Source: Antedon mediterranea
Taxonomy: Eukaryota > Animalia > Echinodermata
Reading direction: 5' to 3'
DNA length: 64,000 nucleotides
Assembly (NCBI RefSeq): GCF_964355755.1
Contig: NC_092672.1
Span: 28,464,437-28,528,436 of the forward strand
The notes beneath the pieces are model-generated. The model was not told the origin of the DNA, searched no databases, and worked only from the letters and a program-made list of their open reading frames with translations. The position numbers and the translations under genes were made by a program. Of the stretch, positions 63,606-64,000 are shown piece by piece. Every line of letters starts with the position of its first letter. Position 1 is the first letter of the stretch.

Positions 63606-64000
63606 AGTAGAACCCCTCATTTAAGATACCTCTATTCAAGGGACACCTCTATTCAAGGACACCTCTATTAGGGGAACACCTCTAATAAGGAGACACCTCT
63701 ATTAGGGGGACACCTCTATTAAGGGGACACTTCCATTCAGGGGACACTTTTATTCAGGGGACACCTCTATTAAGGGGACACCTCTATTAGGGGGACACCT
63801 CTATTAAGGGGACACCTCTATTAAGGGGACACTTCCATTCAGGAGACACTTTTATTCAGGGGACACCTCTATTAAGGGGACACCTCTATTCAAGGGACAA
63901 CCTTATTATTATTAAGGGGACACCTCTATGCCGGGGTAACCTCTATTAAGGGGACACCTCTATTCACGGGACACCTCTGTTAAGGGGACACCTCTATTCA
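63606..64000. repeat. ~19-bp minisatellite (aggggacacctctatta), probably expanded subterminal repeat of a mariner/pogo-type MITE
   Basis: ~20 variant units running to the window end, preceded by agtagaacc. A related single motif occurs at ~32027-32085. Confidence 0.85.

Noticed and set aside
63606-64000. 19-bp repeats as a CRISPR or telomeric array
   Set aside because: No spacers and not a telomere unit; it is a degenerate minisatellite.

Overview
AT-rich, intron-containing animal genomic DNA, read by eye; an invertebrate deuterostome such as an echinoderm is inferred, not proven. From left to right: (1) a young BEL/Pao LTR retrotransposon (1241-8409, minus strand, 5-bp TSD ATAGC). Its single ORF keeps Gag, protease and integrase but has lost RT/RNase H in frame, and its 3' LTR carries a 1.6-kb TIR insertion. 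(2) An 8-exon spermidine synthase gene (SRM, minus) with a Helitron-like element in intron 6. (3) An intronless, highly divergent cyclin-fold gene with a long (AGT)n poly-Ser tract. (4) FBXO42 (minus) head-to-head with CPLANE2/RSG1 (plus). (5) The 3' part of a CCDC50-like gene (minus), whose ~19-kb intron hosts an antisense tandem array of C1q/collagen genes (one pseudogene, three intact) separated by 30-bp minisatellites. Penelope-like fragments carry minimal hammerhead ribozyme motifs with three different 3-8 core pairs (C-G, U-A, G-C). MITEs, SINEs and LINE remnants are abundant.
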